Origin: an uncultured Gammaproteobacteria bacterium
GTDB lineage: Bacteria; Patescibacteriota; Patescibacteriia; UBA1558; GWA2-36-10
Direction of reading: 5' to 3'
NCBI GenBank assembly: GCA_964638415.1
Contig: CAZWYP010000006.1
Span: 2,244 to 66,243 of the forward strand
DNA: 64,000 nt
Shown here: positions 9,380 through 19,498 of the stretch, piece after piece
Layout of the letters: each line of letters begins with the position of its first letter
How positions within the stretch are numbered: the stretch's first letter is position 1
The notes under the pieces: generated by a model
The model's input: the letters and a program-made list of their open reading frames with translations, nothing else
Told to the model about the DNA's origin: nothing
The model's database searches: none
Position numbers and translations under genes: made by a program

Positions 9380-10552
9380 TTAATTTAATTTTTTGTTAAC
9401 CAGTTCCAGCATCTTATTGACCGTGCTTAACCAGGAATACTTTTTGACAAACTCCTGCCGCGCTTGCCGGGCAGCATCATTATCTTGGGCCAAAGCTTCA
9501 TTGACTGCTTTGACAAAATCCTCTTTTGTTTCGGCAATAGTCACTAACTCCGCTAGATTCTCCGTACCGGCTTTGGCGGTAGCCACCACCGGCTTGCCGC
9601 AAGCTAAATACTCGTACATCTTCATGGGATTAGTGCTTAAGGAAAATTCTCCGGTCTTATGGGGAATGATACCGACATCAAACTGCTGGATGTACATGGG
9701 CGCTTCCGCATAACCCTTATAGCCTAAGAAGTGGATATTAGGCAGGCTTTCCAGCTCTGCTCTTGCTTGATCCTGTTGGTTCCAAACCGGACCGACTAAA
9801 ACCACTGACTTGTCTGGATTGTTTTCGGCTAAGTATCTGATCCAATCCAAATCCACTCTTTCCTGTATCACGCCAATGTAACCGATAATCGGCTTAGGCA
9901 ATTCCGCGATATCACGGTTAACTAAAGTAAATTTCTGGGTATAATGCTTGAAGTCAACGCCATTAGGTATCCAATAGACATTTGGCTGGTCATCAAAGAA
10001 TTTAACCAAGCTGGGCGAGACAGTGAAAATTAAATCTGCCTGATCTTTAATTAAGCGGTAATCCTGCTGCAGCCGCTCTTTATAAGCCTCATAAGACGGA
10101 TGATTAAGCCAATTATCCACTGCTTCAAAAACCGTCAATTTCTGCCCTAAATTCTGCCAATACGGAGCAGCAAAAGGAAAAAAGGACCAGAGCACAGCAT
10201 CCCCGAAATTAAGGCTCAAGGCTGTCTTTTTAATATTATTAAAAACCATTTTGGGATTAAAGAAGAATCTGACATCAGAATAAACATAAAGCTTTTCTGA
10301 CAACTTAGTCACCTTGAAAGTCAGCCTCTTTTTAATAACTTCCCCTTCATTGAGATTCAAGGCGATATTCTCCTTGTAATTCCTCAAGGCTCGCTTCCAA
10401 TTAAGTGGCAAGTAATCTACAGCTAAGATCTTGCCAATCTGCTCATTGTGCAGCAATTGCTGCAGCACATGATAATTACGATTGGATACGCCTTCCTCCC
10501 ACTCCGAGTAAGAGGACATATTAAGCATAATAACGTCAAATTTCTTTTCCAT
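9380..10552 (-). CDS. GT4/GT-B glycosyltransferase (TuaH-like)
   Basis: IPNGVD, IGYIG, VLVGP, NPMKMYEYLACGKPVV. Confidence 0.88.
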   Translation of the reverse strand: MEKKFDVIMLNMSSYSEWEEGVSNRNYHVLQQLLHNEQIGKILAVDYLPLNWKRALRNYKENIALNLNEGEVIKKRLTFKVTKLSEKLYVYSDVRFFFNPKMVFNNIKKTALSLNFGDAVLWSFFPFAAPYWQNLGQKLTVFEAVDNWLNHPSYEAYKERLQQDYRLIKDQADLIFTVSPSLVKFFDDQPNVYWIPNGVDFKHYTQKFTLVNRDIAELPKPIIGYIGVIQERVDLDWIRYLAENNPDKSVVLVGPVWNQQDQARAELESLPNIHFLGYKGYAEAPMYIQQFDVGIIPHKTGEFSLSTNPMKMYEYLACGKPVVATAKAGTENLAELVTIAETKEDFVKAVNEALAQDNDAARQARQEFVKKYSWLSTVNKMLELVNKKLN

Positions 10553-10562
10553 GGAAATATAA

Positions 10563-11642
10563 TTATAAAATTTCTGCTAATTTTCTGGCTTGGCTTGGCG
10601 CTTGGATAAATTCCTGACTGCGATCATAAACGGCAGCAGCCAATCTTGTTGACAATTCATTATCCGTTAATAACCTCTCTAAAGCCAAAGCTATGGCTTT
10701 AACATCTTCTGCTACCAACAAAGCATTAACTTCATTAATCAGCCATTCGCTGGCTCCTCCGCTTTGGCCGGCAATAATCGGCAGTTTAGCCTGAGCCGCT
10801 TCTGCAAAGACAATACCAAAGCCTTCAGCATCAAATTGGCTTGAGCGGTGCGGCAAAATAAAAATATCCGCGAGGTTATAATAACCTATCAGCTCATTAT
10901 CTTCAACCCGGTTAATAATCCTCACCTTATCCGTCAACTGCTCCTGCTTAATAAGCTTAAGCAGATTGTTTTGCTCTTCTCCTTGCCCCACAATTAAATA
11001 CTGCACTGGATATTTTCTTAACTGAGCTAAAGCTTTAATTACCAGATCATGCCCCTTGCGGAAAGCTAGGCGTCCCACCGTGAGTAAGATTTTTTCTCCT
11101 ACAGCAATATTTAATTCCTGCCTTAATTTAGTTAACTTATTTTCATCAGTGTTTCCTAACGGATCAATACTAGGATAGAACAGTTTTATTTTCTCTTCAG
11201 GCAGCTTCAAATCAGCCAAAGACTGCTGGGTATCTAAGCTGTTAACTAGAATATACTTGGCGTTTCCCAAAATCTTTTTAGTTAGCGCTGGCTTGTTTTT
11301 TAAGGCCAGCTTAATATCCAAACCATGCAGGGAAATAATATACGGAACTTTAAGAAAATAAGCTAAGGAACCTAAAGGTAAAATATTGGGAGTAAATATC
11401 TGTTCAATCTTATTCTCTTTAATTATTCTCTTCAATTTAAAATAACTAAATAACCAAGTTGGCCTAATGAAGTTATTTTTCAATTTCAATTTAATCACCT
11501 GCTTATTAGCCTTCACTTCCGGATGGTCGGTTGCCACCAGATAATCTTCCAAGGGAAAAAACTTAAAGAGATTATAAACATAGCGGGCTACGCCGCCCTT
11601 AAAAGGAAAATATTCATGGGTTAAGACTAAAGTCTTTTTCAT
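10563..11642 (-). CDS. GT4 family glycosyltransferase
   Basis: GGVARY, VGRLAFRKGHD, EGFGIVFAEA (E-x7-E motif). Confidence 0.9.
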   Translation of the reverse strand: MKKTLVLTHEYFPFKGGVARYVYNLFKFFPLEDYLVATDHPEVKANKQVIKLKLKNNFIRPTWLFSYFKLKRIIKENKIEQIFTPNILPLGSLAYFLKVPYIISLHGLDIKLALKNKPALTKKILGNAKYILVNSLDTQQSLADLKLPEEKIKLFYPSIDPLGNTDENKLTKLRQELNIAVGEKILLTVGRLAFRKGHDLVIKALAQLRKYPVQYLIVGQGEEQNNLLKLIKQEQLTDKVRIINRVEDNELIGYYNLADIFILPHRSSQFDAEGFGIVFAEAAQAKLPIIAGQSGGASEWLINEVNALLVAEDVKAIALALERLLTDNELSTRLAAAVYDRSQEFIQAPSQARKLAEIL

Positions 11643-13087
11643 TATTCCGGTTTTTTAACAAATAAAGAGTCTCGTAAAAATTTCAATTCACTAACTGTAA
11701 CTACCTGCCAGGCAAACATAAACAGCAGATAAATTCCCCCGCCAATAACAATAGTCAAAGGCCAGAAAATATTATCTTTAAGATACACTACCGCTAAGCC
11801 CATTAATAGGGCTAATAATAAAGATTTAAACAGGGGCTTTAAATCATATAATCTGCCTTGTCCTAAAGGCCAGGCATAAAATAGATTGAGAATAAATAAA
11901 ATTAATGTACTAACACTAGAAGCAAAAGACGCTCCAACCACTCCCCATTCCTTAATAAAAACCAGATTGAGAATAATATTAACTACCATGACTAATCCTA
12001 AATTTCTGGTATTAACTGCCTGGCGATTGGTAGCATTTAATAAACTGGATAAAGTAAAATTAATGAACAAAAACGGCAGGCTGGCAATTAGAATCTGCAA
12101 AGGCCAGACTGACCAGGCATATTCCGAACTGTAAATCTGGTGGATAATCTCCGGGGCTAATGCAATAATACCGGCAGATAAAGGCAAGGCAATAAAGCCT
12201 AAATAATTAAAACTGCGGACAAATACCCGGGACAATTCATTAGACTGCTGCTGGTAAAGATGGGTAAAGGCTGGATACAAAGCCGCCACCATAGCTAAGG
12301 GAATAAACTGAAAAGCAAAAGTTATTTTATACGCTACGCTATATAATCCTACTTCCACATTGCCTAATAATATCTTCAATAATACGGAATCAATATAGGC
12401 ATAGACTTTGGCAAAAATTGCCGCTAAGGCAAAAGGAAGACTAATCCAGAATATTTTTTTAATCAGTTCCTGGTCAAATAACAATTTAAGCTTAGCTTGA
12501 AATTTACCAACTAAGATTAAGCCAGAGAAAACTAGATTAAATAAAGAAGCTAAGCCTAAGACTGTAATGAGTAATAATAAATTCCTATTAAAATACAAAA
12601 GAGTCAAGCCAAAAACCATGACAATTAATTGGAAGATAATAGTGCCAATGGATTCAAATTTTAAATTCTGCTGTCCCCTAATAAAAGCATAAAACAATAA
12701 AGTAAAGCTATCAATCACTACAATTAAAGTGGTTAAATAAATCAAAGGCTGAACTGGATCATTAGCAAAAACTGTCCAGTTAATAATTAAAAGAAAAATA
12801 ACTGCCAGTAAAGTAAATAATAGCTTTAAAGAAAAAATCTGCTGGAACCAGCGCTGCTGATCTTGCTGGTTTCTAGCCACCTCTCTAATTAAAACCGGAG
12901 ACAAGCCAAAATCCATTAAAACAGCAAACATGGTAGCAAAAGAAATAGCAAAAAAATACTGCCCAGTATATTCTGGCCCTAAGGATCTAGCTAAAATAGT
13001 AAAATAAACAAAAGACAGCACTTTCTGCATAACTAAAGCCGTCAAGAAAAAAGCGGAATTAGCTGTTATTTTCCTAGTAGTTAACAT
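11642..13087 (-). CDS. Wzx-type polysaccharide flippase (MOP superfamily)
   Basis: Many TM segments; ARSLGPEYTGQY, DFGL, ID.VLL, VGLYSVAY; heads a GT cluster. Confidence 0.88.
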   Translation of the reverse strand: MLTTRKITANSAFFLTALVMQKVLSFVYFTILARSLGPEYTGQYFFAISFATMFAVLMDFGLSPVLIREVARNQQDQQRWFQQIFSLKLLFTLLAVIFLLIINWTVFANDPVQPLIYLTTLIVVIDSFTLLFYAFIRGQQNLKFESIGTIIFQLIVMVFGLTLLYFNRNLLLLITVLGLASLFNLVFSGLILVGKFQAKLKLLFDQELIKKIFWISLPFALAAIFAKVYAYIDSVLLKILLGNVEVGLYSVAYKITFAFQFIPLAMVAALYPAFTHLYQQQSNELSRVFVRSFNYLGFIALPLSAGIIALAPEIIHQIYSSEYAWSVWPLQILIASLPFLFINFTLSSLLNATNRQAVNTRNLGLVMVVNIILNLVFIKEWGVVGASFASSVSTLILFILNLFYAWPLGQGRLYDLKPLFKSLLLALLMGLAVVYLKDNIFWPLTIVIGGGIYLLFMFAWQVVTVSELKFLRDSLFVKKPE

Positions 13088-13156
13088 GCAGATATTATAA
13101 CAAAATGATTAAAAATAAACAAATATTATATAATCATTTTTTGGCTAACATTAAAT

Positions 13157-13187
13157 AAAAAAACTCGCAGATTAATGCGAGTATTTT
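13157..13187 (-). terminator. Intrinsic terminator after rpsI
   Basis: ACTCGCA-gattaa-TGCGAGT hairpin flanked by A- and T-runs. Confidence 0.75.
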
Positions 13188-13195
13188 TACAAACT

Positions 13196-13627
13196 TTAAC
13201 GTTTTGACCATTGCGGAGCACGGCGAGCTCTCTTCAAACCTGGTTTCTTTCTTTCCTTCTTGCGGTCATCTCTAGTTAATAGGCCTTCTGCTCTCAAATT
13301 TGGTTTCAAAGCTTCGTCAGCTTCCAATAAAGCGCGGGCAATGCCGTGTCTGACGCCTTCCGCTTGACCACGCTGTCCACCACCCTGAACTTTAACAGTA
13401 ATCGCAATATTCTCTCGGCCAGCAACACGCAATGGTTCCAGAACCTGATCCTGCCATTCAAAATAAGGAAAGTATTCCTTATAATCCTTGCCATTAACAG
13501 TGATCTGGATGCCAGTTACTTTCTTATCCAAAATCCTGACGCGGGCAATCGCTGTTTTACGGCGGCCGACAGCTGGAACATAAGCCTCTTTCTTAATAAT
13601 TTCAGGAGTTGTCTTTGTCTTTACCAT
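13196..13627 (-). CDS. rpsI: 30S ribosomal protein S9
   Basis: GRRKTAIARV, GGG.RGQA, LLTRD.RKKERKKPGLKRARRAPQWSKR. Confidence 0.98.
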   Translation of the reverse strand: MVKTKTTPEIIKKEAYVPAVGRRKTAIARVRILDKKVTGIQITVNGKDYKEYFPYFEWQDQVLEPLRVAGRENIAITVKVQGGGQRGQAEGVRHGIARALLEADEALKPNLRAEGLLTRDDRKKERKKPGLKRARRAPQWSKR

Positions 13628-13975
13628 TTACTTGATGATTAATCTCTTAAACATTTTTGGTCTTAGCTTGTTCTTAGGAAGCATATTCCAAACAGTGCGG
13701 CGCAAAACTTCCGCCGGATTGGAAACAAATAAATCCTTAAGCTGCTTGGTACGGATACCGCCAGGATAACCGGTAGTGCGGTAATATGTTTTCTGCTGCA
13801 CTTTCTTGCCGGAGAATTTCAAGCCTGCCACATTGCTTACTTCCACGCTGTCACCCTGATCAATATTGGGTTGGTAAATTGTCTTATGCTTGCCCTGCAG
13901 TAAAAAAGCAATTTCCGAAGCCAAGCGGCCGGCAATTTTTCCTTCAGCATCAATTTTATGAATCTTTCTTTCCAT
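13628..13975 (-). CDS. rplM: 50S ribosomal protein L13 (short form)
   Basis: IDAEG..GRLAS..A..LQGKHK..Y.P..D.GD, YYRTTGYPGG, MLPKNKL. Confidence 0.97.
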   Translation of the reverse strand: MERKIHKIDAEGKIAGRLASEIAFLLQGKHKTIYQPNIDQGDSVEVSNVAGLKFSGKKVQQKTYYRTTGYPGGIRTKQLKDLFVSNPAEVLRRTVWNMLPKNKLRPKMFKRLIIK

Positions 13976-13980
13976 AGTCT

Positions 13981-14334
13981 TTATTTCACTAATTCAATCA
14001 AAGCCATTTTAGCGCGATCACCTACGCGGGGAGCCAATTTCACAATTCTGGTATAACCGCCTGATCTTTCCTGATAGCGTGGTCCTAAGACATCCAGCAC
14101 TTTCTGCACGGCTTTTTTATCTTTCAACCAGCGTCCTAATTGCTGCTTACTGTGAACAGATTTTACTCTACCACGAGTGATTAACTTCTCCACTAAAGGT
14201 TTAACAGTCTTAGCTTTAGCCTCTGTGGTCTTAACCTTTTCGTACAAAATAATGGAAGTAGCTAAGTTGTTCAACATAGCTTCCCGCGGCGCTTTCTTGC
14301 GATCCAGTTTTTTATTGACTTTTCGGTGTCTCAT
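13981..14334 (-). CDS. rplQ: 50S ribosomal protein L17
   Basis: MRHRK, TTEAKAK, VEKLIT, R.GGYTRI, GDRA.MA.IELV. Confidence 0.98.
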   Translation of the reverse strand: MRHRKVNKKLDRKKAPREAMLNNLATSIILYEKVKTTEAKAKTVKPLVEKLITRGRVKSVHSKQQLGRWLKDKKAVQKVLDVLGPRYQERSGGYTRIVKLAPRVGDRAKMALIELVK

Positions 14335-14358
14335 AAATTTATTTGATCATTCAATGGC

Positions 14359-15123
14359 TTATTCTTCCTCTGCTTCTTCAGTTTCTTCTTCGCTCTTAGC
14401 CTTTTTACCTCTCTTCGCTTTTGGCTTTTCCTCTTCTTCCTTCTTCAACCACAAAGCAAAATGGCTTTCTAAGATAGCGGAAGCTTGGGATAAAGCATCT
14501 TCAGCAGTAATCGTACCGTCAGTAACGACATCCATTACTACTTTTTCATAGTTAGTCATCTTACCCACGCGGACATTCTCAATCTTGTAGCCGACATTTA
14601 ACACTGGAGAAAAACTTGAGTCAATGGCAATGGTACCGATATCCAACTTCTCTTTTTCTCGCTGTTCAACAGTGACATAACCCAAACCGTTCTCCACGGT
14701 AATTTCCATATCCAGATTAGATCCTTTGTCAGTCAAAGTGGCTATTACCAAATCCTTGTTGCTGATTTCCACCTGGGAATTCTTTTCAATATCTCCAGCT
14801 TTTAATACCTTTTCTCCTTTACCAGTTAATCTTAATTTAACCGGTTCTTCAGAATAGACTTTTAAGCGCAGCTGCTTTAAGTTCAACATAATCTCCACTA
14901 CGTCTTCTTTGACGCCGTTAACGGCATCAAATTCATGCTGCACGCCCTGGATCTTAAAAGCAGTAACCGCACCGCCGGATAAGGATGAGAGTAATACTCG
15001 GCGCAAAGCATTGCCGATAGTCACGCCAAAACCGGGATAGAATGGTTCAATAGATACCTGGTAATGGTTATCTTCTTGGCTTAAGATATTAATTTTTTCT
15101 GGTAAAGAAATTTGCTTATTCAT
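14359..15123 (-). CDS. rpoA: RNA polymerase alpha subunit (NTD only, no alpha-CTD)
   Basis: EPFYPGFGVTIGNALRRVLLSSL, HEF..V.GVKED, IDSSFSPV, RVG; canonical position between rpsD and rplQ. Confidence 0.97.
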   Translation of the reverse strand: MNKQISLPEKINILSQEDNHYQVSIEPFYPGFGVTIGNALRRVLLSSLSGGAVTAFKIQGVQHEFDAVNGVKEDVVEIMLNLKQLRLKVYSEEPVKLRLTGKGEKVLKAGDIEKNSQVEISNKDLVIATLTDKGSNLDMEITVENGLGYVTVEQREKEKLDIGTIAIDSSFSPVLNVGYKIENVRVGKMTNYEKVVMDVVTDGTITAEDALSQASAILESHFALWLKKEEEEKPKAKRGKKAKSEEETEEAEEE

Positions 15124-15187
15124 ATTTTTATTGGCCTGTTAATTTTTATCCTGCTTGCCCTCCTCCAAGGAAGCTTAACAGGTGAAA

Positions 15188-15802
15188 TTATCTAGAATAG
15201 AATTCCACAATTAAATTAGTTTGAATATTCTTCGGTAGATCGTCATCATTCAAAGCGCTGTTGATGACAATAGTCATTTTCTTCTGGTCAAAGCTCAACC
15301 AGCCAGCCGGTTCAATCTTTTCTAATTTGGCTTCCATCGCTTTCCAGTAAGGTTTTTTTAGCTTATTGGCTTTTATTTGGATTACCTGCCCGGGTTTAAC
15401 CTGGTAGGAAGGAATGTTGGTATTTTTGCCATCCACGGTAAAATGTCCATGAGTTACCAGCTGTCTTGCTAAACGGTGAGTAGCGGCCAAGCCGGAGCGG
15501 AAAATAACATTATCTAAGCGAGTTTCCAATAAGATCATTAAATTCTTACTGACATCGCCGGGCATTTTCTGCGCTCTTTTGAAAGTCAGGCTAAACTGCT
15601 TTTCTAATAAGCCATAAATAGTCTTAGCTTTTTGTTTAGCCAATAACTGTTTGCCATATTCGGAAACTTTAGCAAAAGCTTTCTTATTACCATGAACTCC
15701 CGCTGGATAAGGACGCTTATCTAAAGGAGATTTGACAGTATCCGCTACATTTTCCCCAAAACGGCGGCTAGCTTTATGTCTAGGTTTGAGATTTCTTCCC
15801 AT
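15188..15802 (-). CDS. rpsD: 30S ribosomal protein S4
   Basis: SEYGKQL..KQK, LETRLDNV, ARQLVTHGH, IPSYQV, LIVEFYSR. Confidence 0.98.
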   Translation of the reverse strand: MGRNLKPRHKASRRFGENVADTVKSPLDKRPYPAGVHGNKKAFAKVSEYGKQLLAKQKAKTIYGLLEKQFSLTFKRAQKMPGDVSKNLMILLETRLDNVIFRSGLAATHRLARQLVTHGHFTVDGKNTNIPSYQVKPGQVIQIKANKLKKPYWKAMEAKLEKIEPAGWLSFDQKKMTIVINSALNDDDLPKNIQTNLIVEFYSR

Positions 15803-15823
15803 ATTATCTTAGTATTAGGTAAA

Positions 15824-16195
15824 TTAAACGCGTCTAACTTTCTTTGGTCGGCAGCCATTGTGCGGAATTGGCGTCATGTCTTTGATGGTATTAACCGCAA
15901 TGCCATTGGTGTGTAAAGCGCGGATAGCAGCTTCGCGGCCGGCACCTACGCCTTTAACAAAAACATCCACTTCCTGCAAGCCGTATTCTTTGGCTTTTTC
16001 TGCCGCATTCTTAACAATAATGGAAGCAGCATAAGGCGTTGCTTTTTTCGGACCCTTAAAGCCGTTAGCACCAGCAGAAGACCAGGATAAGGCATTGCCG
16101 GTCTGATCGGTAAAAGTGACAATCGTATTGTTGTAAGTGGCCTGGATATGCACTTGGCCCTTGCTTACTTTCTTTTTAATCTTTTTCTTAGCCAT
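15824..16195 (-). CDS. rpsK: 30S ribosomal protein S11
   Basis: [34 protein letters not shown]. Confidence 0.98.
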   Translation of the reverse strand: MAKKKIKKKVSKGQVHIQATYNNTIVTFTDQTGNALSWSSAGANGFKGPKKATPYAASIIVKNAAEKAKEYGLQEVDVFVKGVGAGREAAIRALHTNGIAVNTIKDMTPIPHNGCRPKKVRRV

Positions 16196-16222
16196 GTTGA
16201 TAATTCAATAGTTCAAATAAAA

Positions 16223-16612
16223 TTAAGTCTTTTGAGCAGCTTTAGCGCGTCCAGAACCCATAGTCACACGCTTATTGCCCCGAATCGTGCGGGAATTAGT
16301 CTTAGTGCGCTGGCCTCTGACTGGCAAGCCTTTTAAATGGCGGACTCCGCGATATGCTTTAATTTCTTTCAAGCGTTTGATATTAGTCAGTTTATTGCGG
16401 CGCAATTCACCTTCCACTACCAAATCCTTCTCAATCTTGGTGCGCAGCTTATTAACTTCTTCATCCGTCAAGCTCTTAACTCTGGTATCTGGATTGACTT
16501 TTAATTCCTTCAAAAGCTTATTAGCAGTAGTTATGCCAATGCCGTAAATATAGGTCAGGGCGACCGCTACTCTTTTTTCACTGGGAATATTGACTCCGGA
16601 AATTCTTGCCAT
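16223..16612 (-). CDS. rpsM: 30S ribosomal protein S13
   Basis: [32 protein letters not shown]. Confidence 0.98.
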   Translation of the reverse strand: MARISGVNIPSEKRVAVALTYIYGIGITTANKLLKELKVNPDTRVKSLTDEEVNKLRTKIEKDLVVEGELRRNKLTNIKRLKEIKAYRGVRHLKGLPVRGQRTKTNSRTIRGNKRVTMGSGRAKAAQKT

Positions 16613-16637
16613 ACTTTTTCACTTAATAAAATAATAA

Positions 16638-16751
16638 TTAACCCTGTCTCTGCTTATGCTTAGGATTTTTACAAATGCAAATTACCCGATTTTTGCGTCG
16701 GATAATCTTACAATCTTTGCACATTGGTTTGACAGAAGCTCTGACTTTCAT
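16638..16751 (-). CDS. rpmJ: 50S ribosomal protein L36 (not in ORF track)
   Basis: Translated by hand: [37 protein letters not shown] (37 aa, Zn-binding form), between infA and rpsM. Confidence 0.97.
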   Translation of the reverse strand: MKVRASVKPMCKDCKIIRRKNRVICICKNPKHKQRQG

Positions 16752-16764
16752 TTTTTTATGATAA

Positions 16765-17001
16765 TTATTTTCTAAAAATAATACGACCTTTGGTCATATC
16801 ATATGGACTCATTTCTACGACTACTTTGTCTCCCGGCAGTATTCTAATCTTATTCATGCGCATCTTTCCAGATAAATGAGTGAGAATTTCCAAGCCATTT
16901 TCCAAAGCGACTTTAAAATTGGCATTGGGCAGTAATTCTACCACCTCTCCCTCAATCTCCAAAAAACCTTTTTTATTGACTTTAGTCTGACTGTCGTTCA
17001 T
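16765..17001 (-). CDS. infA: Translation initiation factor IF-1
   Basis: [26 protein letters not shown]...[20 protein letters not shown]. Confidence 0.97.
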   Translation of the reverse strand: MNDSQTKVNKKGFLEIEGEVVELLPNANFKVALENGLEILTHLSGKMRMNKIRILPGDKVVVEMSPYDMTKGRIIFRK

Positions 17002-17091
17002 TAAAAAGTAATCTAAAATAAATTATTTATAAAACAAAATTGTCTTATAAATAACTAAAATATTGTCTAAATCTGTAATTAACGCCCCTAA

Positions 17092-17120
17092 AATTTAGCA
17101 GATTTGCTTTTATTTGTCAA
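17092..17120 (-). promoter_or_regulatory. Promoter of the infA-rpsI operon
   Basis: Minus strand TTGACA (17120-17115), 17 nt spacer, TGn-TAAATT (17097-17092). Confidence 0.6.
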
Positions 17121-17186
17121 TGATTTTAGGCCTAATTGCCTTATTTTCTTAAAAACTAGCAAAAAATGCCTTAAAATAAGGGGTTT

Positions 17187-18107
17187 TTACAATAAAGTCT
17201 GCACTTCTTCCTGCAGCTGAATACCGTACTTATCCCTAATCTGCTGCTTAATTAAGCTCATTAAAATAACTACTTCCTCTGCTTTGGCATTGCCTAGGTT
17301 AATAATATAATTGGCATGCTTTTCTGAAATCTTAGCTTGGCCTATCTGCTTACCAGCCAGCCCCGCCTGTTCAATTAGCCAGCCAGTAGGAATCTTGCGG
17401 TGCTGGGCAAACTGCTCAATAGCTAATCCCCGCCTTTTTAAATCTTCAGTATCCACTTCATCAAAGCTGATGTTTTTAAAGACACAGCCGCAAGACGGCT
17501 CATTAGGATGCCGATCTTTACGGTAAATTAAGCGTTCTTTAATTAGCTGGCGACTAGCTGCTACATCTCCCCGCTGCAGTCTAATTTTAACTTCCAAGAT
17601 AATCCAAGGATGCTCTTTAAAAATACTATGGCGATACTGCCAGCCAGCTTGAGAGCCTAGCATAGTTCTCACTGCCAGATTCTCATCCAAATAAGTTATT
17701 TCTTCCGTTACATCTGACATACCAACGCCATAAGTACCAGCATTGCCTCTGACTGCGCCACCGACGGTACCGGGAATACCCGCGGCAAATTCCAAACCGG
17801 TTAATCCCTTGCTTAAACTTTCGTTCATCAGCAAAGTAAGATTAGCGCCAGCACCCACTGTTGCTTCCGTATCATTAAATTCAATTTTATTAAGATCCAA
17901 CTTAACCACCAAGCCATTAAAGCCATTGTCGGAAATTAAAATATTACTACCACCACCCAACATGAACATTTGCTGGTTATTAGTCTTGGCCCAAGTTTCT
18001 GCTTCTTTGACATCTTCCGCAGTTTTGGCTACCACAAAATATCTAGCTGGTCCGCCAATCTTGTAACTGGTATATGGTGCTAATATGACATTCTCTTGTA
18101 ATTGCAT
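17187..18107 (-). CDS. murB: UDP-N-acetylenolpyruvoylglucosamine reductase
   Basis: KIGGPA, LGGGSNIL, GLEFAAGIPGTVGGAV, YRHS, PSCGCVFKN, SEKHANYIIN. Confidence 0.95.
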   Translation of the reverse strand: MQLQENVILAPYTSYKIGGPARYFVVAKTAEDVKEAETWAKTNNQQMFMLGGGSNILISDNGFNGLVVKLDLNKIEFNDTEATVGAGANLTLLMNESLSKGLTGLEFAAGIPGTVGGAVRGNAGTYGVGMSDVTEEITYLDENLAVRTMLGSQAGWQYRHSIFKEHPWIILEVKIRLQRGDVAASRQLIKERLIYRKDRHPNEPSCGCVFKNISFDEVDTEDLKRRGLAIEQFAQHRKIPTGWLIEQAGLAGKQIGQAKISEKHANYIINLGNAKAEEVVILMSLIKQQIRDKYGIQLQEEVQTLL

Positions 18108-18127
18108 AGGGTTAATAAATAATAATC

Positions 18128-19495
18128 TTACTTAACTAGTTCTCTTGCTAAAGCATCAATATCTCCAGCTCCGACAAATAATAATACGGCATTATTAGGA
18201 TCAAGCTGCCTAATTAATCTCTTCACTTCCTTATGATCAGCAGCATAAGCTACCTTCTGCTGCTGAATGGCTTTGACTAAATCCCTACTGCTTATCTCTT
18301 CATGCTCTTCATTTTCCCGGCCGCTGACCTGGTAAATTTCGGAGATTATCAACTGATCAGCTAAAGTAAAGCATTTGGTAAAGTCATTAAACAAGGTCTT
18401 GGTCCGGTTATGGTGATGGGGCTGGAAAATAACTATTAACTCCCGCTCGGGATAAAAATCCTTGGCGGCCTGTAATAGTAGTTTAATGGAATCGGGATGA
18501 TGAGCGTAGTCTGAAATAACCACATTGCTTTTATAATCTCCCAAATTCTCAAAGCGCCGCCAGGTGCCGGCAAATTCCTGCAAGCTGTTCCAGATCTGAT
18601 GCTTATTAACCTGCAAATAGTCTGCCACCGCAATAGCCGACAAAGCATTGTAAACATTGTAATTGCCGGGAACCTTCAATTCAAAATCCCCCAAAGCCTT
18701 ATTATTCTTCTTAACGCTAAAAGTCTGTAAACCGGGCTTAACTTCTAAATTGCCAAAAGCATAATCTGCATTTTGTTCTTGGCCGAAAGTAAGTGTTTTA
18801 ACTGCTGCCTGTATCCTCTGGCTATTGGCATCATTAATATTTTTTACCAATAATCCTGCTTGAGGAAGCTTATCTGTAAATTTTTGAAAATGCTTCTGGA
18901 TATCGTTTAAATCCTGGTAATAGTCTAAATGATCTTCCGCTACATTGGTTAAGACAATAATCTCTGGTGTTATTTCCAGCATATGCGCCCGCCATTCACA
19001 GGCTTCCACTACCAAAATATTAGACTTACCAAAACGGAAATTACTCTGCCACTGAGGCACTAGGCTGCCGACAATAACCGTCGGATCCAAGCCAGCTTTT
19101 TCTAAAATTAAGCCAATCATCGCGGTAGTGGTAGTTTTGCCATTAGTGCCGGCCACGGCAATGGTGCGGTAATTCTTACTTAAGATGCCTAAAAACTGGA
19201 AATAACTAAGCGTGGGAATATTCAATTCCCGAGCCTTGGCTAATTCTGGATGATTATCTGGTAAAGCGGAAGTGTGGATGAATAAATCTAAATCGCTTTT
19301 AATATTATTAGCTTTCTGTTTTTTGTTAATATACACTCCCTTATCTTCCAAACGCTTGGTAATTTCTGACCACGACAAATCCGAACCTTCTACTTCCTTA
19401 CCTAAGTGCAGGAAATAATAGGCTAAGGCAGATAAGCCAATTCCCCCGATACCGGATAAATATACTTTATTTATTTTATTTAAATCAATTTCCAT
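18128..19495 (-). CDS. murC: UDP-N-acetylmuramate--L-alanine ligase
   Basis: GIGGIGLS, AGTNGKTTTT, VEACE, DHLDYY, RRFE, DYAHHP, FQPH, GAGDI. Confidence 0.95.
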   Translation of the reverse strand: MEIDLNKINKVYLSGIGGIGLSALAYYFLHLGKEVEGSDLSWSEITKRLEDKGVYINKKQKANNIKSDLDLFIHTSALPDNHPELAKARELNIPTLSYFQFLGILSKNYRTIAVAGTNGKTTTTAMIGLILEKAGLDPTVIVGSLVPQWQSNFRFGKSNILVVEACEWRAHMLEITPEIIVLTNVAEDHLDYYQDLNDIQKHFQKFTDKLPQAGLLVKNINDANSQRIQAAVKTLTFGQEQNADYAFGNLEVKPGLQTFSVKKNNKALGDFELKVPGNYNVYNALSAIAVADYLQVNKHQIWNSLQEFAGTWRRFENLGDYKSNVVISDYAHHPDSIKLLLQAAKDFYPERELIVIFQPHHHNRTKTLFNDFTKCFTLADQLIISEIYQVSGRENEEHEEISSRDLVKAIQQQKVAYAADHKEVKRLIRQLDPNNAVLLFVGAGDIDALARELVK

Positions 19496-19498
19496 TGA

